Part shown: positions 61,944 through 64,000 of the stretch, one piece after another
How the letters are laid out: the number at the start of each line of letters is the position of its first letter
Position numbering within the stretch: the first letter of the stretch is position 1
Notes under the pieces: generated by a model
Told to the model about the DNA's origin: nothing
Database searches by the model: none
What the model saw: the letters and a program-made list of their open reading frames with translations, nothing else
Assembly (NCBI GenBank): GCA_965206845.1
Contig: OZ242221.1
Location: forward strand, 640,001-704,000
Reading direction: 5' to 3'
Origin: Cenarchaeum sp.
GTDB taxonomy: Archaea > Thermoproteota > Nitrososphaeria > Nitrososphaerales > Nitrosopumilaceae
Length of the DNA stretch: 64,000 nt
Made by a program: the position numbers and the translations under genes

Positions 61944-62489
61944 ATGATTTCTGAATTGAGGGCAATCGGATAATTATATTAAAGTTTACAGGCGTAAAAC
62001 CGCTACGGGAACCAGAGGGTCTCCCCCACCCACGATGCCCCTGCCTGCCTGCCAGCCGATAACGGTCTTGTCCCTGGGTGGCATCCCGCGCGCGGGCGCC
62101 TAGGCGGGCGCACCTGGGTTTTTCCGGCCCCGTGACATGTGTGATCCCGCGGCCGTGCCGCCGCACGAGGGCTTCAGCAGCCGGTCTCTGCCCCACAGCG
62201 TCCTTGATCGACGGGGTGCACGATATCCCCCTGCACGGCGCATGCAGGCACGATCACGCCGAACAGAGACAGCCTCCGGCTGCCCGGCACGGCGGCACTT
62301 GCCGTGGGTATAGCCGGATCCGCCAGGCGCATGGTAGCTGGATCACCACATTCTGGATTATGCTGCGGACGGCGAGCTCCGATCCTATCACATCCGGGCA
62401 CGGGATGGCTGTGAGAACCGCCTGGCGGCCCTGGATCGGCACATGCTTCCGCTAGTAATAAATTCGTGCTGTTGGTACACACACCATAG

Positions 62490-62774
62490 ATGGAAGAACT
62501 AGAACACAAGTATGAGGTCGAGATACTGACAGAAGAGAAGAAGCAAAGGATCCCCGAATCCGTAAAGGAGGAGCTGAAGAAGTCCGGAATGATGAACGCC
62601 AAGGGCAAGCTCAAGATCGGCGGGGTCAGCCCCAAGATGCTCAAGCGGATGAAGCAGGAGTACGTGGAGTGCCCGGTTCTTAACGAACGCGTCCACTTCA
62701 TACGGTGCTTTGTATGCACCAACTTTCAGAGCAGGGTCGTAGGCAAGGTGCTCTGCAAGGGATCCCCGCTGTAG
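62490..62774 (+). CDS. Small Cys-containing hypothetical protein
   Basis: CP...CFVC...C pattern and gene-like codon use. Confidence 0.75.
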   Translation: MEELEHKYEVEILTEEKKQRIPESVKEELKKSGMMNAKGKLKIGGVSPKMLKRMKQEYVECPVLNERVHFIRCFVCTNFQSRVVGKVLCKGSPL

Positions 62775-62897
62775 GTACGGGCACCGGCGGTTCCGCACAG
62801 GATCCGCCCTGCAGTCCGGCGCACTCCGGAGCCGGGCACGTCAGGGCAGAGCCGCTTCGAAAAGCACATTAATGAAAATTCCAGTGATGATACAGTT

Positions 62898-64000
62898 TTG
62901 GAAAAGATCGGAATCACCGTATCCAAGAGATCTAACTTTAGCGAATGGTATACGCAAGTGGTCCTCAAGGCGGAGCTGGCAGACTATGCCCCGGTCAAGG
63001 GACTCATCGTGTTGAGGCCCGACGGGTACGCCATATGGGAGCTGGTGCAGCGCACCGTAGATGCCAAGTTTGCCGCAGACGGCATACGCAACGGCTTTCT
63101 GCCCGTGCTGATACCAGAGTCGCTTCTGGGAAAGGAGAAGAAGCACTTTGCCGGGTTCAACCCCGAGGTCTTCTGGGTAACGCACTCAGGCGAGAGCAAG
63201 ATAGGCGACCGGCTGGCCCTGCGTCCCACGTCTGAGACCCTGGCGTACTCGATGTACTCAAAGTGGATAAAGAGCTGGAGGGATCTCCCGCTGAAGATAA
63301 ACTTCTGGAACACGGCGCTAAGGGCAGAGATCAAGGGCACAAAGCCGTTCCTGAGGACGTCAGAGTTTCTGTGGCAGGAAGGCCACACCGTCCACGCAAC
63401 AAGCGGCGAGGCCCAGGAGCAGGTGGCAAGGATGCTAGACGTATATCGGGAGGTGGTGGAGCAGGAGATGGCAATACCCACAGTCGCCGGCAAAAAGTCC
63501 GAGAGCGAGAAGTTTGTAGGCGCCGTATACACCACCACAATCGAGTCCATGATGCCAGACGGCAAGGCCCTGCAGATGGGCACGTCCCACTTTCTCGGCC
63601 AGAACTTCTCCGTGCCCTTTGGAGTAAAGTTTGCAGACAGGGACAACAAGGAACAGTTCGCGTGGCAGACGTCCTGGGGCGTGTCATGGAGGCTGATCGG
63701 GGCAATGATCATGGTCCACGGCGACGACCACGGCCTGAGCCTGCCTCCCCGGATGGCTCCCATCCAGGTTGTAGTCGTGCCTGTCTACTTTACAAAGGGG
63801 CAAGAGACGGAGGTAACCGCCCGGGCGCGGGAGGTAGGACGGATGCTCTGCGGTTGCGGCATACGGGCGCACACAGACGATCGCCAGGAGATGACGCCTG
63901 GCTTCAAGTACCACGACTGGGAGATGAGGGGCGTGCCGCTCAGGATCGAGATCGGGCCCAGGGAACTCAAGGACGACAGGATCAGGGTAACCCAGAGGTA
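62898..64000 (+). CDS. proS: Prolyl-tRNA synthetase (runs off window)
   Basis: Hand translation from TTG 62898 gives NFSEWY, LRPTSE, PFLRTSEFLWQEGHT and TSWGVSWR. Confidence 0.95.
   Translation, partial: MEKIGITVSKRSNFSEWYTQVVLKAELADYAPVKGLIVLRPDGYAIWELVQRTVDAKFAADGIRNGFLPVLIPESLLGKEKKHFAGFNPEVFWVTHSGESKIGDRLALRPTSETLAYSMYSKWIKSWRDLPLKINFWNTALRAEIKGTKPFLRTSEFLWQEGHTVHATSGEAQEQVARMLDVYREVVEQEMAIPTVAGKKSESEKFVGAVYTTTIESMMPDGKALQMGTSHFLGQNFSVPFGVKFADRDNKEQFAWQTSWGVSWRLIGAMIMVHGDDHGLSLPPRMAPIQVVVVPVYFTKGQETEVTARAREVGRMLCGCGIRAHTDDRQEMTPGFKYHDWEMRGVPLRIEIGPRELKDDRIRVTQR

Noticed and set aside
62984-63763. Long antisense ORFs here and throughout the window
   Set aside because: They are shadows of real genes (here proS) in high-GC DNA.

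Overview
High-GC window from an ammonia-oxidising archaeon (Nitrosopumilaceae/Cenarchaeum-like). The taxon is inferred from the 4-hydroxybutyryl-CoA dehydratase plus ADP-forming CoA-ligase pair, archaeal information-processing genes and cofE. Host association is only suggested by the load of IS, MITEs and a TPR gene. Most of the window is core genome: rpl7ae-rps28e-rpl24e-ndk-infB, rfcS/gins/mcm/hel308, sdhACDB, thi4/trxB/cysteine synthase/tusA, hisS, proS and five tRNAs. There are two tRNA-anchored accessory regions. The tRNA-Ala region holds a broken integrase, a dead IS, a HEPN remnant and PPK2. The tRNA-Lys region holds an att-flanked AbiE toxin-antitoxin module, two tandem paralogues of unknown function and IS630/IS481 relics. 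The strongest unannotated signal is a set of small non-autonomous elements (MITEs). Three copies of a 92-bp family each sit exactly 12 nt (TSD edge to box) upstream of an aligned AAnnTATTWA BRE/TATA motif, which suggests promoter-guided insertion. Also noted: probable CTG starts directly after upstream stop codons, a 29-aa membrane micro-ORF after infB, and a candidate structured RNA. All assignments were made by eye without database searches.
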